In this document: positions 49,439 to 58,912 of the stretch, piece after piece | Layout of the letters: each line of letters starts with the position of its first letter | Position numbering within the stretch: position 1 is the first letter of the stretch | Origin: an uncultured Nitrospina sp. | Lineage (GTDB): Bacteria; Nitrospinota; Nitrospinia; Nitrospinales; VA-1 | Assembly (NCBI GenBank): GCA_964344595.1 | Contig: CAYFNV010000003.1 | Location: 7,014 to 71,013, forward strand | Direction: 5' to 3' | DNA length: 64,000 bases | Notes under the pieces: generated by a model | Told to the model about the DNA's origin: nothing | The model's input: the letters and a program-made list of their open reading frames with translations, nothing else | The model's database searches: none | Program-made: the position numbers and the translations under genes

Positions 49439-49562
49439 TTATGAAACCTCCTTCCTTCGGAAGAGGAAAGCTCCTGAATTTTCAAGTTGGAATAAGAAAA
49501 CTTCCATAAGCTCACTTGTAATCAGATCTACTTTTAAGAACCGAAGATACATCCGGCACTCT

Positions 49563-51656
49563 TTAAACCAGTATATACAGTAAACCCGTCATTGCCACCA
49601 ACCAAAACAACATTACCAAAATCTGATGCTGGATAGTACGGGATTCTATCTCTTGCAGTAACTGTCCTGCAGTACTGGCTTGTCCCGCTATTTTCCCGAT
49701 TTTCTGGTCCAACCAATGTACATCTACAACTCGCCATAACCTTCCAGAAAAATTTAAAGAGAAAGAACCAACAGAATGTACTAATTTATCTATAAATCTG
49801 ATATCAACAACTCTCCATAACCACCCGGCCAAGCTTACAGAAAATCTCGCGATAAAATGGATAAATTGATCTATTACTTTTATATCAATAATTCTCCATA
49901 ACCAGTTTGCTAACTTAAGGGTTGGTGCTACCAGATAGACATCATAGATTTCATCAAAATACCCTTTATTCCAAAAAAGGACATACCACCGATTGCTTCT
50001 CGCAATTTCCTCAGTGGTTTGTTTATGAGATTGAGTTTGTGTTGAGTATGCATATACCCATCCCGCCACAGCAGTTAAAATAGAAACGACAAGCCAAACC
50101 GGGAAGCCTTGTTCGACTTCATTTGAGGCCAATGTGACCCGAGTCAATGCCGGAGTAAGAAAATTGGCAAACCAATTCCAAAACAGAGTCAATAGTCCCC
50201 CTGCAAAAATTGTAGATAGAAAAATTCCTGTTAAAATAGAGCCATTTAAAAACTGCGGTCGAACAAATTGTACTTCCAAACTATGTTGTCCTGATCCAGG
50301 CAAATAAGTTTTTGGACCATGAACAAAGAGTGAGGTGACGCCTTTAAAAAGATATTGAGAAGCCACAAACACCGTGATCAGGCCAATAACTTTGAATCCG
50401 ACCTCAGCAGAAACAAACCCTGTGATACCCCATAAATATTCATACGACCCAGTAAACAGCACAAACGGCGGTAGCAACGCCAACAACAAGGAACCTGCAT
50501 ATAATACTCCCATACCCTCAGAAGCTTGATGTTCATGGTCGCTATGTTCAAGTTCTTTTTCAACTGCCTGCAACGCATTGCCTGTAGATAGAAAAAAGAA
50601 AGCTTTGTAGCACCCATGGGCAAGAAGGTGGAAAATAGTAACTGCGAAAGCACCCAAACCACATGCCATAACCATGAATCCGATTTGACTGATAGTTGAA
50701 TAAGCCAAAATCTTTTTGATGTCTGATTGTGTCAACGAAACGATACCGGCAAATATCGCGGTTGTGGCACCAATAATAAAAATGAACGTCATGGCGTATG
50801 GAGAAAGAGTGATCAACGGACTCAATCGCACCAGCAAAAAAGGTCCCGCATTCACCATTGTTGCCGCATGAATAAGTGCTGAAACGGGAGTCGGGGCTTC
50901 CATCGCAAAGGGTAACCACACGTGAAAGGGCATTTGTGCAGACTTTCCCATAGCTCCCATAAAGAAGAAGAAGGGAATAAGTGTCATGGTGTGAATTTGA
51001 AAGTTCATGCCCATCCATCCCAGGATATTGATGGTATGGTCCTGCATGTTTTGAGCCTGTGCAAGGATAGTTGGGATATCGAGAGTGCCAAAGGTAAAAA
51101 AGGTTAGAATGATGCCAAAACTGAATCCGACATCCGCAACTGCGTTAACAACAAAAGCCTTGGTTGCAGCACGACAAGCTGAAGGTCTTTCTGATGCGTG
51201 AGAAATTAACAGATATGAACAAACTCCCATGACTTCCCAGCTAATTAATAGCATCAAAAGGTTGCCACTCATGACCAGCAAAATCATAGAAAAAGTAAAC
51301 ATGGCAATGACGGCAAAGAAGCGGTTGTATCGTGAGTCGCCTATCATGTACCGGGAGGAATACACATGCACAACCCAGCTTACACCTGTAACCAACAGTA
51401 AAAGCAGAACCGTTAGTTGGTCAACGTATAAAGATAAATCAATGGTCAAGGAACCGGATTGAAAGAGGCGATAAAGAGAAAGAGTAAAGGGCCCATTGTT
51501 AAACACTTCAATGAATGCGGCAATGGATAACAAAAAGGCAAGCCCAATAGCTGGAACCCCAACCCGATGACTGTTTTCACCCCAACGATTACCTCCAAGC
51601 ACAAGGATGAGTGAAGCGAGGAGAGGAAGCAAAGGAATGAGGACGAATAAAGTCAT
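49563..51656 (-). CDS. NuoL/MrpA/DabB-like antiporter-type subunit with extended, triplicated C-terminal amphipathic segment
   Basis: IDLSLYVDQLTVLLLLLV..YSSRYM..RFFAVIAMFTFSMILLV..LISWEVMGVCSYLLISH. ATG 51656 has a GAGGA SD, and the track TTG at 51668 overlaps the mrpD stop. Confidence 0.85.
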   Translation of the reverse strand: MTLFVLIPLLPLLASLILVLGGNRWGENSHRVGVPAIGLAFLLSIAAFIEVFNNGPFTLSLYRLFQSGSLTIDLSLYVDQLTVLLLLLVTGVSWVVHVYSSRYMIGDSRYNRFFAVIAMFTFSMILLVMSGNLLMLLISWEVMGVCSYLLISHASERPSACRAATKAFVVNAVADVGFSFGIILTFFTFGTLDIPTILAQAQNMQDHTINILGWMGMNFQIHTMTLIPFFFFMGAMGKSAQMPFHVWLPFAMEAPTPVSALIHAATMVNAGPFLLVRLSPLITLSPYAMTFIFIIGATTAIFAGIVSLTQSDIKKILAYSTISQIGFMVMACGLGAFAVTIFHLLAHGCYKAFFFLSTGNALQAVEKELEHSDHEHQASEGMGVLYAGSLLLALLPPFVLFTGSYEYLWGITGFVSAEVGFKVIGLITVFVASQYLFKGVTSLFVHGPKTYLPGSGQHSLEVQFVRPQFLNGSILTGIFLSTIFAGGLLTLFWNWFANFLTPALTRVTLASNEVEQGFPVWLVVSILTAVAGWVYAYSTQTQSHKQTTEEIARSNRWYVLFWNKGYFDEIYDVYLVAPTLKLANWLWRIIDIKVIDQFIHFIARFSVSLAGWLWRVVDIRFIDKLVHSVGSFSLNFSGRLWRVVDVHWLDQKIGKIAGQASTAGQLLQEIESRTIQHQILVMLFWLVAMTGLLYILV

Positions 51657-51664
51657 AATTTTCC

Positions 51665-53134
51665 TCAAAGACTTGGCGGCATTGCATGGCTTAACAACAA
51701 TTGAACCATGGGGGCACTGAATAAACCAAGAATCACGATAGCAGCGGAAGTTACTCCGAGAGATAATTTAAATGAAAGGGGAACTTCGACAGACTTAACA
51801 CCCAACTGAGTTGATGATTTGCGAAAAATGGCTTCAAAAAGTTTAATAAAATAGGCAAGTGTCAGGAGAGTGGAAAGCAAAATCGCAGCGATCGAAACAT
51901 AACTTCCAGCTTCTAACGCTCCAAGGATGATGTACCATTTACCAAAAAACCCACCCGTTGGAGGTAGGCCAATCATGCCCATTGCCAGGATGACCAAAGA
52001 CCCCGTTACCCAGGGTGCTTGTTTGCCAACACGCCCCAGGTCGTCTATAGTTTTGACCCCATACTGAAAAAATACTACACCTGCCAGGAAAAACAAGGCT
52101 GCTTGCATTACGGCATCATTTAATAAATAAAATACCCCTCCAGCAAACCCGGTCTGGTTGCCTTGCCCGATTCCAATGAGAATGATGCCAATGTGTGATA
52201 TTCCTCCATAAGCGAATATCATTTTAATATCCCGCTGGGCCAGGGCAAGAAACGCTCCTATAACCGCCGCTAAAGTTCCAAGACCTGCCACAATTAGAAA
52301 AATTGGATCTCCATTAACCACATGTGACAAACTCAAGACCCAATAGATTATTCGAACCCATGCAAATAGAACTATTTTTGTAACCAGTGAAGCCAGAATA
52401 GGGGAAGTCGACTCAGGAGCAAAAGAATAGGCTTCGGGCACCCAGGAATGGAAAGGGACTAAAGCCATCTTGATGCCCAAGCCAATAAATATAAACAATA
52501 GTCCACCTATCAGAGCCTTTGAATTTATAATTAGGGGAAGCCTGTCTACTACATCGGTCATATTAAGTGTTCCGGTGACCGCATAGAGATAACTTACTCC
52601 TAAAAGATAAAGAGAAGCACCCAGGGTTCCCAATATAAGGTAGCGAAAGGCTGCAACCAGTGCCCTGCCACCGGCAACACCAATAAGCGCGTAACTCGAG
52701 AGAGCCGCAACTTCTAAAAACACGAACAGATTGAATAAATCCCTGGTGAAGACGATTCCAGTCAGGGCAGAAATCATTAACAAAATCAGCGTATAGTAAT
52801 GAACGATTCGTCCACCCAGATCTTTTGGTGAAGCTGGCCCCGCAAACACAACACCAAGCAAACCCAAGGCACTCAACAAAACCAGGATGATACTTGCTAA
52901 TTCATCGGCAACCCACTCAATTCCGATGGGTACATTCCACCCACTAAATAGATACTGTATTTCTCCATGGTGAATAACGTTACATAAATTCCAAATAGCA
53001 ACCAGAGTCGTAACCGCCAGAGTTCCTACTGAAATTGGCTGGCTCCAATGACGGTGTTTCAGGCACACCAAGGGCATGGATATGGCTGCAAACAACGGGA
53101 GAAGGAATAAGATTGCTGGAAGTTGGTGGTTCAT
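51665..53134 (-). CDS. mrpD: MrpD/NuoN-like antiporter-type subunit, 489 aa
   Basis: Polytopic PF00361-like protein whose 4-nt overlap with mrpC suggests translational coupling. Confidence 0.8.
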   Translation of the reverse strand: MNHQLPAILFLLPLFAAISMPLVCLKHRHWSQPISVGTLAVTTLVAIWNLCNVIHHGEIQYLFSGWNVPIGIEWVADELASIILVLLSALGLLGVVFAGPASPKDLGGRIVHYYTLILLMISALTGIVFTRDLFNLFVFLEVAALSSYALIGVAGGRALVAAFRYLILGTLGASLYLLGVSYLYAVTGTLNMTDVVDRLPLIINSKALIGGLLFIFIGLGIKMALVPFHSWVPEAYSFAPESTSPILASLVTKIVLFAWVRIIYWVLSLSHVVNGDPIFLIVAGLGTLAAVIGAFLALAQRDIKMIFAYGGISHIGIILIGIGQGNQTGFAGGVFYLLNDAVMQAALFFLAGVVFFQYGVKTIDDLGRVGKQAPWVTGSLVILAMGMIGLPPTGGFFGKWYIILGALEAGSYVSIAAILLSTLLTLAYFIKLFEAIFRKSSTQLGVKSVEVPLSFKLSLGVTSAAIVILGLFSAPMVQLLLSHAMPPSL

Positions 53135-53508
53135 TCGATTTTTTCTAGAATTTTTTGTTCATCCAGGCTGCCATATTTTCTATAGATGGCTGCGCATAGG
53201 GCTAATCCTACTCCCAGAGTGGCTACGCCAACTACAATAGCGGTTAGCGTCAATACATGTGGCAACGGATTCACGTAAGTTGCAGCTTGTACCGGCTCCG
53301 TGGTTGACAAGAGTACAGGAACTGTTGCGCCTTTCTTGGCACTGATCGAAACCAGGAAAAAAATCACGCTTGTTTGCATTAAATACATCCCGATGAGTTT
53401 CTTTACGAGATTGTATCGCGTGACCATGATAAAAAAGCCCCATAGAAAAAGGATGACAAATGTTAAAAAATTGGGACGCTGAAAAACTGCGAGCAATGCA
53501 TCAACCAT
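53131..53508 (-). CDS. mrpC: MrpC/NuoK-like subunit
   Basis: Three TM helices. NPLPHVLTLTAIVVGVATLGVGLAL matches the MnhC/NuoK C-terminal pattern. Confidence 0.8.
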   Translation of the reverse strand: MVDALLAVFQRPNFLTFVILFLWGFFIMVTRYNLVKKLIGMYLMQTSVIFFLVSISAKKGATVPVLLSTTEPVQAATYVNPLPHVLTLTAIVVGVATLGVGLALCAAIYRKYGSLDEQKILEKIE

Positions 53509-53953
53509 TTATTGAATCCTCGATAATTTCTTCAGCAGACAAGCTAAACACAATGGAAACGGCTGTTACCGCGACATCTACAGCCACACCGATTTGAGTG
53601 AGTACGATTCCCAAAGACCTGCGAGCCGCTGTTTCTAAACCTGGAATTTCCAGATCTGCATAATTGAGGAACTCTCCACCCCCAATCATACATAAGCCGC
53701 CTACCCCGGCATAGATAAGCATTCCAACCCCATCGCCATGCAAAATGTTTTTGGCAACCTGACTTCGTGAAGCATCATGGCCAAAAATCAAAACCGATAA
53801 GATCATCCCCGTTCCTAAAATCACGCCGCCAACAAATCCTCCTCCTGGTCCATATTGTCCAAAGAATAAAACGTACAAACCAAAAATTTGGACCACAGGG
53901 ATGAGAAAGCGTCCCAGGGTCTGAACAATTATGCTATCGTGTGGGCGTATCAT
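53501..53953 (-). CDS. MnhB/MrpB-domain subunit
   Basis: From ATG 53953. GRFLIPVVQIFGLYVLFFGQYGPGGGFVGG is the MnhB signature. The TAATG stop/start overlaps the upstream gene. Confidence 0.8.
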   Translation of the reverse strand: MIRPHDSIIVQTLGRFLIPVVQIFGLYVLFFGQYGPGGGFVGGVILGTGMILSVLIFGHDASRSQVAKNILHGDGVGMLIYAGVGGLCMIGGGEFLNYADLEIPGLETAARRSLGIVLTQIGVAVDVAVTAVSIVFSLSAEEIIEDSING

Positions 53954-54480
53954 TATCCTTGTCTCCTGAGTAGTAATGCACAAGCAATGCCTGCCGAAAA
54001 AATCACCACGGTTTCAACCATCGTATCGAGGGATCGATAGTCCATCAGTACCGATGTCACAACATTTGGAGTGAGAGTGTCCTGATAACTCTGCTTTAGA
54101 TATGTTGGAGAAATATGAACACTCGCTTGAGAATTCGGGTCCCCAAACTTGGGAAGATCGCTCGCTGCATAGAGTAATAGAACTCCCAGAAGTGGAAATA
54201 CAATTAACATAGCCAGAGAAGGGGGAGGTCTCTTGAGCCTGGTGTCTTTTGGAGCGGTACCGAACAGGGTTAATAGAAAAAGGACAGTCGCTAAACCAGC
54301 ACCTACTACTGCTTCAACGAAGGCAACATCCACAGCTCCCAGCCATGCCCACACCACCGACAGGAAAAAACTGTAAGTTCCCAGGAGCAGAACGGCACTC
54401 ATCAAATCCTTAACCATGATGGCGCCGCCTGCAGTAACCAGCAAAAGAAGGAGCAATGGGATTTCATATGAAAAGATCAT
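53953..54480 (-). CDS. MbhD/DUF4040-like subunit (MrpA C-terminal-domain equivalent)
   Basis: 175 aa with 4-5 TM helices. AVLLLGTYSFFLSVVWAWLGAVDVAFVEAVVGAG resembles the DUF4040 pattern. Confidence 0.7.
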   Translation of the reverse strand: MIFSYEIPLLLLLLVTAGGAIMVKDLMSAVLLLGTYSFFLSVVWAWLGAVDVAFVEAVVGAGLATVLFLLTLFGTAPKDTRLKRPPPSLAMLIVFPLLGVLLLYAASDLPKFGDPNSQASVHISPTYLKQSYQDTLTPNVVTSVLMDYRSLDTMVETVVIFSAGIACALLLRRQG

Positions 54481-54776
54481 GAGGTATCCTTTTTCCAGGG
54501 TTTTAAACCAGACCGTAACGCTGCGCGAATTGTGGCATGTGCAATAACAGGATTCAAAAGGTATAATAAGGCTAAAACAATTAAAATTTTTAGAGTATTT
54601 GTACTCAACCCTTCATGCAAGGCGATTCCAATTAATATCAAAAAAGCCCCTAAAGAATCTGTTAGTGATACTGCATGTGAGCGGCTGAATACATCTGGAA
54701 ATCTGATTATGCCAATTGCGGCTACAAGCAGAAAAAATAATCCGGCTACTATAAAAAAAATGGAAAGAACTTCCAT
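54477..54776 (-). CDS. mrpG: MrpG/MnhG subunit
   Basis: AAIGIIRFPDVFSRSHAVSLTDSLG is the PhaG/MnhG signature. Confidence 0.8.
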   Translation of the reverse strand: MEVLSIFFIVAGLFFLLVAAIGIIRFPDVFSRSHAVSLTDSLGAFLILIGIALHEGLSTNTLKILIVLALLYLLNPVIAHATIRAALRSGLKPWKKDTS

Positions 54777-54777
54777 G

Positions 54778-55044
54778 CTACCAAACCCCCTTTTGTTCCA
54801 GATATTTGGCCACAGCCAGTGCTCCGACCAAATTTAACAAGGCATAACCCGTTGAGATGTCAACAAACATATCCACTCGCTCAAAATAAACTCCAATAAC
54901 AATAAGTAAGATAATTGCCTTGGTGGAAATGCCATTAAGCCCCAACACACGATCAAAAATAGTAGGGCCCTGCAGAACGCGGTACAAATAGGCACCAATA
55001 AGAAGAAACAGCATTACCAAAACATAGAATAGAAAAGTTTTCAT
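54778..55044 (-). CDS. mrpF: MrpF/MnhF subunit
   Basis: YRVLQGPTIFDRVLGLNGISTK is the MrpF/PhaF signature. 88 aa with 3 TM helices. Confidence 0.8.
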   Translation of the reverse strand: MKTFLFYVLVMLFLLIGAYLYRVLQGPTIFDRVLGLNGISTKAIILLIVIGVYFERVDMFVDISTGYALLNLVGALAVAKYLEQKGVW

Positions 55045-55547
55045 AAATCCGGTTTTTCGTCCTTAAAAACTTCAGCAATTTTCGACTCCATCTCCTTGCC
55101 CAAAATATCTTCTCCTGATACTTTATCCATTGCGTGTACAATGAGTTTGTTGCCGTCAACCTCTGCGGTGATGGTTCCCGGGGTCAGCGTAATGGAATTA
55201 CCAAATAGAACAACAGCTGCGTGGTGACGCAGTTTTGAATCCACAGAAATTAAATGCGGCTCAATTGGAAGTGAAGGGTGTAATATAAGCTTTGACAAAT
55301 GAACGCTACTTTCTACGATTTTATAAAAAAGCCATGGAAGGTACAGGATCACCTTGGACCACAAACGGAATTTTGGAACAAAAGGGGAATGGCCTGAGTT
55401 TAGCCAGGCAACGGCAAATGAAAATACAAGCCCCAAACCAAGGTGAACCCATTCAAAGCTGGCAGATAATAAAACCCAAAATACAAACAGTGCCAAAGCT
55501 TTTAAAATCAGGAAATCAGAAACTATTGGTCTTGATCGAGTTACCAT
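55041..55547 (-). CDS. mrpE: MrpE/MnhE subunit
   Basis: N-terminal TM pair and a C-terminal NSITLTPGTITAEVDGNKLIVHAMD, typical of MnhE. Confidence 0.8.
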   Translation of the reverse strand: MVTRSRPIVSDFLILKALALFVFWVLLSASFEWVHLGLGLVFSFAVAWLNSGHSPFVPKFRLWSKVILYLPWLFYKIVESSVHLSKLILHPSLPIEPHLISVDSKLRHHAAVVLFGNSITLTPGTITAEVDGNKLIVHAMDKVSGEDILGKEMESKIAEVFKDEKPDL

Positions 55548-55680
55548 AACTTATTCAGATACAACACTGATAAAAGAGTTTCAGAGTTATTCAATTTTTC
55601 AGACAATAAACCAGCTGGTGAATTAAAAAGAAACACAGGTAATTGTTAGAAACGTCCTATTACCTGTTTTCAGTATATAT

Positions 55681-58600
55681 CTAATCAGGAAACAAAACCG
55701 TTTCCCAGGTACCATTTGAATTGTAGCGGTGAAACTCAAAACTTTTAGGATCCAGGGCCACAAGGTTAAGCCATTGATTATGAAAAAGCTGTTGCAGGAT
55801 CGAGTGCTTTTGAATGATGGATGTGATTACATCTGGAGAGTGTTCGATGATGGCTAAGAGCCGCATCGGCTCATGATAATGAACTTTTCCATTATTGACA
55901 GTTTGTAAGGGAAAACCCATTTGCAAATCGCTTTGGCTTCCCAGCATCATCCCAACACCACCAACAACATTGTGTAACACTTTACTCCCGCTTCCATATG
56001 TCCACGGATCTGCTGCGGAAAAATAATAACCCGTATTAATCCACTCGCCGACAATCAAAGGCGCAGTCATGATTTTTTCGAGTATGTCACCCTGAGGATC
56101 AGCAATGGGGTCATAAGAATGCAAGAAAACCCGTCCGCCCAAATCTAAACCTTTGCTCAGTTTTCGTCTTCCAATGAGAAACGCGCCATTGCCTGCTAAT
56201 CCCCATTCGGGACGTGTATTTGCCCAGTCACAACTGCGTGAGTCTACATGAGCATAAGCCTGTTCTGGAGAAATTTCAGTTGGAGCACTGGGAATGCGCT
56301 GACATCGCTCAAGGGCTTGTTTTGCTCCAGCAGACTCTAGATCTTTGATCAACGATTGATAATCTTCTTTGTGTGAATCCGGCAGTTCCTCAAGGTCGTA
56401 AAAATAGACCCGATCCGTTGTCGTGTTATGTTTTCCCGGAAGAAACCAGGTGTCATCTGGAATCGGTAACCCATTTTCTTTAAGGATGTGTCGGACCTCA
56501 GGTTCATTTGCCATCGCGGCAAAAACTCGTGCATTGGCATCTCCCGGAGCTCCACCACAAGCCCCACAATCCAGCGCCCCATAATAGGGGTTGTTATCTG
56601 TCTCACTCCCGTGGCCACAGAGACAAACCAACCTTGCAAAGTTTTTAGTGAGACCCATGGCACGTAATCCATTTTCGATAAATGTCGCCCGTTCCGAAAG
56701 AGAAAACCCGACAGAAATCCCGTCAGGAATTCCTTCAGAACTCACTTCTCCAACCTTGGGGTTTTGAGGATCAGATTGTGCTGAAATTGAGATCTGGGTG
56801 GGAACCTTATGTGTAAACCAGCCCTCGATAGCAGAGGTAATTGAACGAAACGTTTTTTGGAATAGGGTCTTGCCTACCAACCCCAAACTAAAAAAGAAAC
56901 CCATTACATCAATCACCATCATTGACCCAATAGGGTGATGTTTCATATCGTGAAAAAGATGGTGTCCCAGTTGTGACCAGCGAGTACCAGAAGAATATTT
57001 TTCTAACGACAGTTCTTCTTTTGGGCGAGGTGTTTCTGTCACTGCATGGTTCGGAGTTAACAACACTGGACATAAAGACGCACGCCGATTACTATCAAAA
57101 GCCTGATGGCTAATGGGAATTCCAAAAAACCCTGCAAACCCAAATGTTTCATAGGGACCTTGTGATTCAAGATTGCGGCGAAATGGTTCAGAACGTACAT
57201 CGATACAAAAGACTAGTTGTGCATCGGGGCGTGTTTCCAGCTCAGGTGCCATTCCGCGATGTCCTGAAATCTTTTTTAGTATTTTTTCTCTAAAGGAATC
57301 TTCGTACGCTTCGATCCATACCCGTCCATGCTGATCACCGGGATAGTGATCTAACCATTTCAATAACGTCTGGGCATCAGGCAGCGAGAGACTTTGAACT
57401 TCTCCTGGAGATAATTCAAGAAACTGGGCCAAATGGAATAATCGCCACGCATCTCGACATATCACCTTTTTGGTAGGATCTTTAAATTGTCCTCCATTCC
57501 CAATTTTTTGCTGGTACTCTTCTAATCGATCGGTCCAATACGCAGTCAGGCTGGAAACAGTGCCATCGATTCTCCATTCCTGTTGGCATTTAATATTGGT
57601 CAACTCCACTTCATAGAATAAACGGACAGCCAGATATTGTGTGGTGTCAATGGGATGTTTTTGTTGCGCATGGTATATAGGGTGTTCCCCGTATATAGGA
57701 TGTTCTCCAAGCCACCTTATGTATCGTGTCCAGCCTGGTAACAATGATAATTCCCTTGAGAGATAGTCTTTCCATTGTCCTTCTGGAATTTCGAGTTGTT
57801 GCAAACTGGAATAGATCGCGCCCTCTGGCTCGTCATCAAGGCTTTGAACTTTTTGGGAGAAATCAGTAATCCCGAAAAGTTTACCCGATAAATCATTCGG
57901 CGCAAGGCTCCTCCAGACATGGTAGAAACCTTTTTTTCGATCAGGCATTTCCCAGCCTGCTAACCCTTCATCTGTATACGCTGACACCCATTTGATGAGT
58001 TGGTCATTGATTTGGTCGACCAGCCCCCCCTCGGTCAAACTATCAACCCAATCACTGACGGTCTGTTCATGCGACATTGCAATGGGTGTAGACGGTTGCG
58101 AATGCGATCCCTCATATAATTTAGATGGGACTTGAAGATCTGATAACCCTAATGTGCCTAGCACACTTTCCCATAAATTCGTCAGGTAGGTCTTTTCAGG
58201 ATACTCGGATTCAAACTCTTTGAGGGTTTGGTCAATAATGCTCTTCTGAGATTCCTTGGGAAGATCTTGGCGAAAATTTAATTTAGCTCCGCCACTGTTT
58301 AACTCCCAATCCAGGAGGGAGGAAGGCAAATCTTCAAAGCCATAAATTATGTTTAATAGGCATATGTTTTGTGCAGTTATATTTCGGCTTCCTATTTCAA
58401 TTGGGGCCTGACCATTTGGGTGAGGTCCAACTCTGGAAAAAGCACGCTTAAAACTTTCTTTGGTAATACGGCCATTTTGGTAAAACTGACGGTATTCCTC
58501 ATTTGCAAGATATCCATTTCCACCAAGCAGGTCCTTGCCCTTCCGAACCGCCTGATCAAATGGCAGATATTCCAGTCCATGAATGGGGTTCTGTGCGACC

Positions 58601-58740
58601 ATGGTTCGCATGGGCCAAAACGGCGCAATGGGTTCACTTGCGTCCAATACAATTTGTCGAACCTGATCACGCTCTTCAGAGGAAAGGGACTTTGTTGAAA
58701 TAGCACTCATATTGAAAGATTTACCTTTTTGATCGAGCAC
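55681..58740 (-). CDS. dabA: DabA (DUF2309/UPF0753) putative inorganic-carbon-pump catalytic subunit; start GTG 58740 or ATG 58710
   Basis: PFWPMRTMVAQNP, FCIDVRSEPFRR, FGFAGFFG, CGHGSETDNNPYYGALDCGACGG and RPEWGLAGNGAFLIGRR. The C-x-D and H-x15-C putative Zn ligands are all present. Confidence 0.9.
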   Translation of the reverse strand: MLDQKGKSFNMSAISTKSLSSEERDQVRQIVLDASEPIAPFWPMRTMVAQNPIHGLEYLPFDQAVRKGKDLLGGNGYLANEEYRQFYQNGRITKESFKRAFSRVGPHPNGQAPIEIGSRNITAQNICLLNIIYGFEDLPSSLLDWELNSGGAKLNFRQDLPKESQKSIIDQTLKEFESEYPEKTYLTNLWESVLGTLGLSDLQVPSKLYEGSHSQPSTPIAMSHEQTVSDWVDSLTEGGLVDQINDQLIKWVSAYTDEGLAGWEMPDRKKGFYHVWRSLAPNDLSGKLFGITDFSQKVQSLDDEPEGAIYSSLQQLEIPEGQWKDYLSRELSLLPGWTRYIRWLGEHPIYGEHPIYHAQQKHPIDTTQYLAVRLFYEVELTNIKCQQEWRIDGTVSSLTAYWTDRLEEYQQKIGNGGQFKDPTKKVICRDAWRLFHLAQFLELSPGEVQSLSLPDAQTLLKWLDHYPGDQHGRVWIEAYEDSFREKILKKISGHRGMAPELETRPDAQLVFCIDVRSEPFRRNLESQGPYETFGFAGFFGIPISHQAFDSNRRASLCPVLLTPNHAVTETPRPKEELSLEKYSSGTRWSQLGHHLFHDMKHHPIGSMMVIDVMGFFFSLGLVGKTLFQKTFRSITSAIEGWFTHKVPTQISISAQSDPQNPKVGEVSSEGIPDGISVGFSLSERATFIENGLRAMGLTKNFARLVCLCGHGSETDNNPYYGALDCGACGGAPGDANARVFAAMANEPEVRHILKENGLPIPDDTWFLPGKHNTTTDRVYFYDLEELPDSHKEDYQSLIKDLESAGAKQALERCQRIPSAPTEISPEQAYAHVDSRSCDWANTRPEWGLAGNGAFLIGRRKLSKGLDLGGRVFLHSYDPIADPQGDILEKIMTAPLIVGEWINTGYYFSAADPWTYGSGSKVLHNVVGGVGMMLGSQSDLQMGFPLQTVNNGKVHYHEPMRLLAIIEHSPDVITSIIQKHSILQQLFHNQWLNLVALDPKSFEFHRYNSNGTWETVLFPD

Positions 58741-58912
58741 TTCAAATTACTACTTATAAATGAGAATACTTCACTCAGTTTGTTATTTTGTCGAAGCTTA
58801 TATTTTCAATGCTAATAGTATCGCTTAATTTGGAAAATCTATTTTTCAATTAAGTTAGCTTTAAAATTCATAAATCAGATGGGCCTATACTTGTTCTATG
58901 GTTTGATACAAA

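Noticed and set aside
50378-51018. Nested same-strand ORFs (94 and 152 aa) inside the NuoL-like gene.
   Set aside because: They are out-of-frame readings of a membrane-protein gene with no SD or conservation signal.
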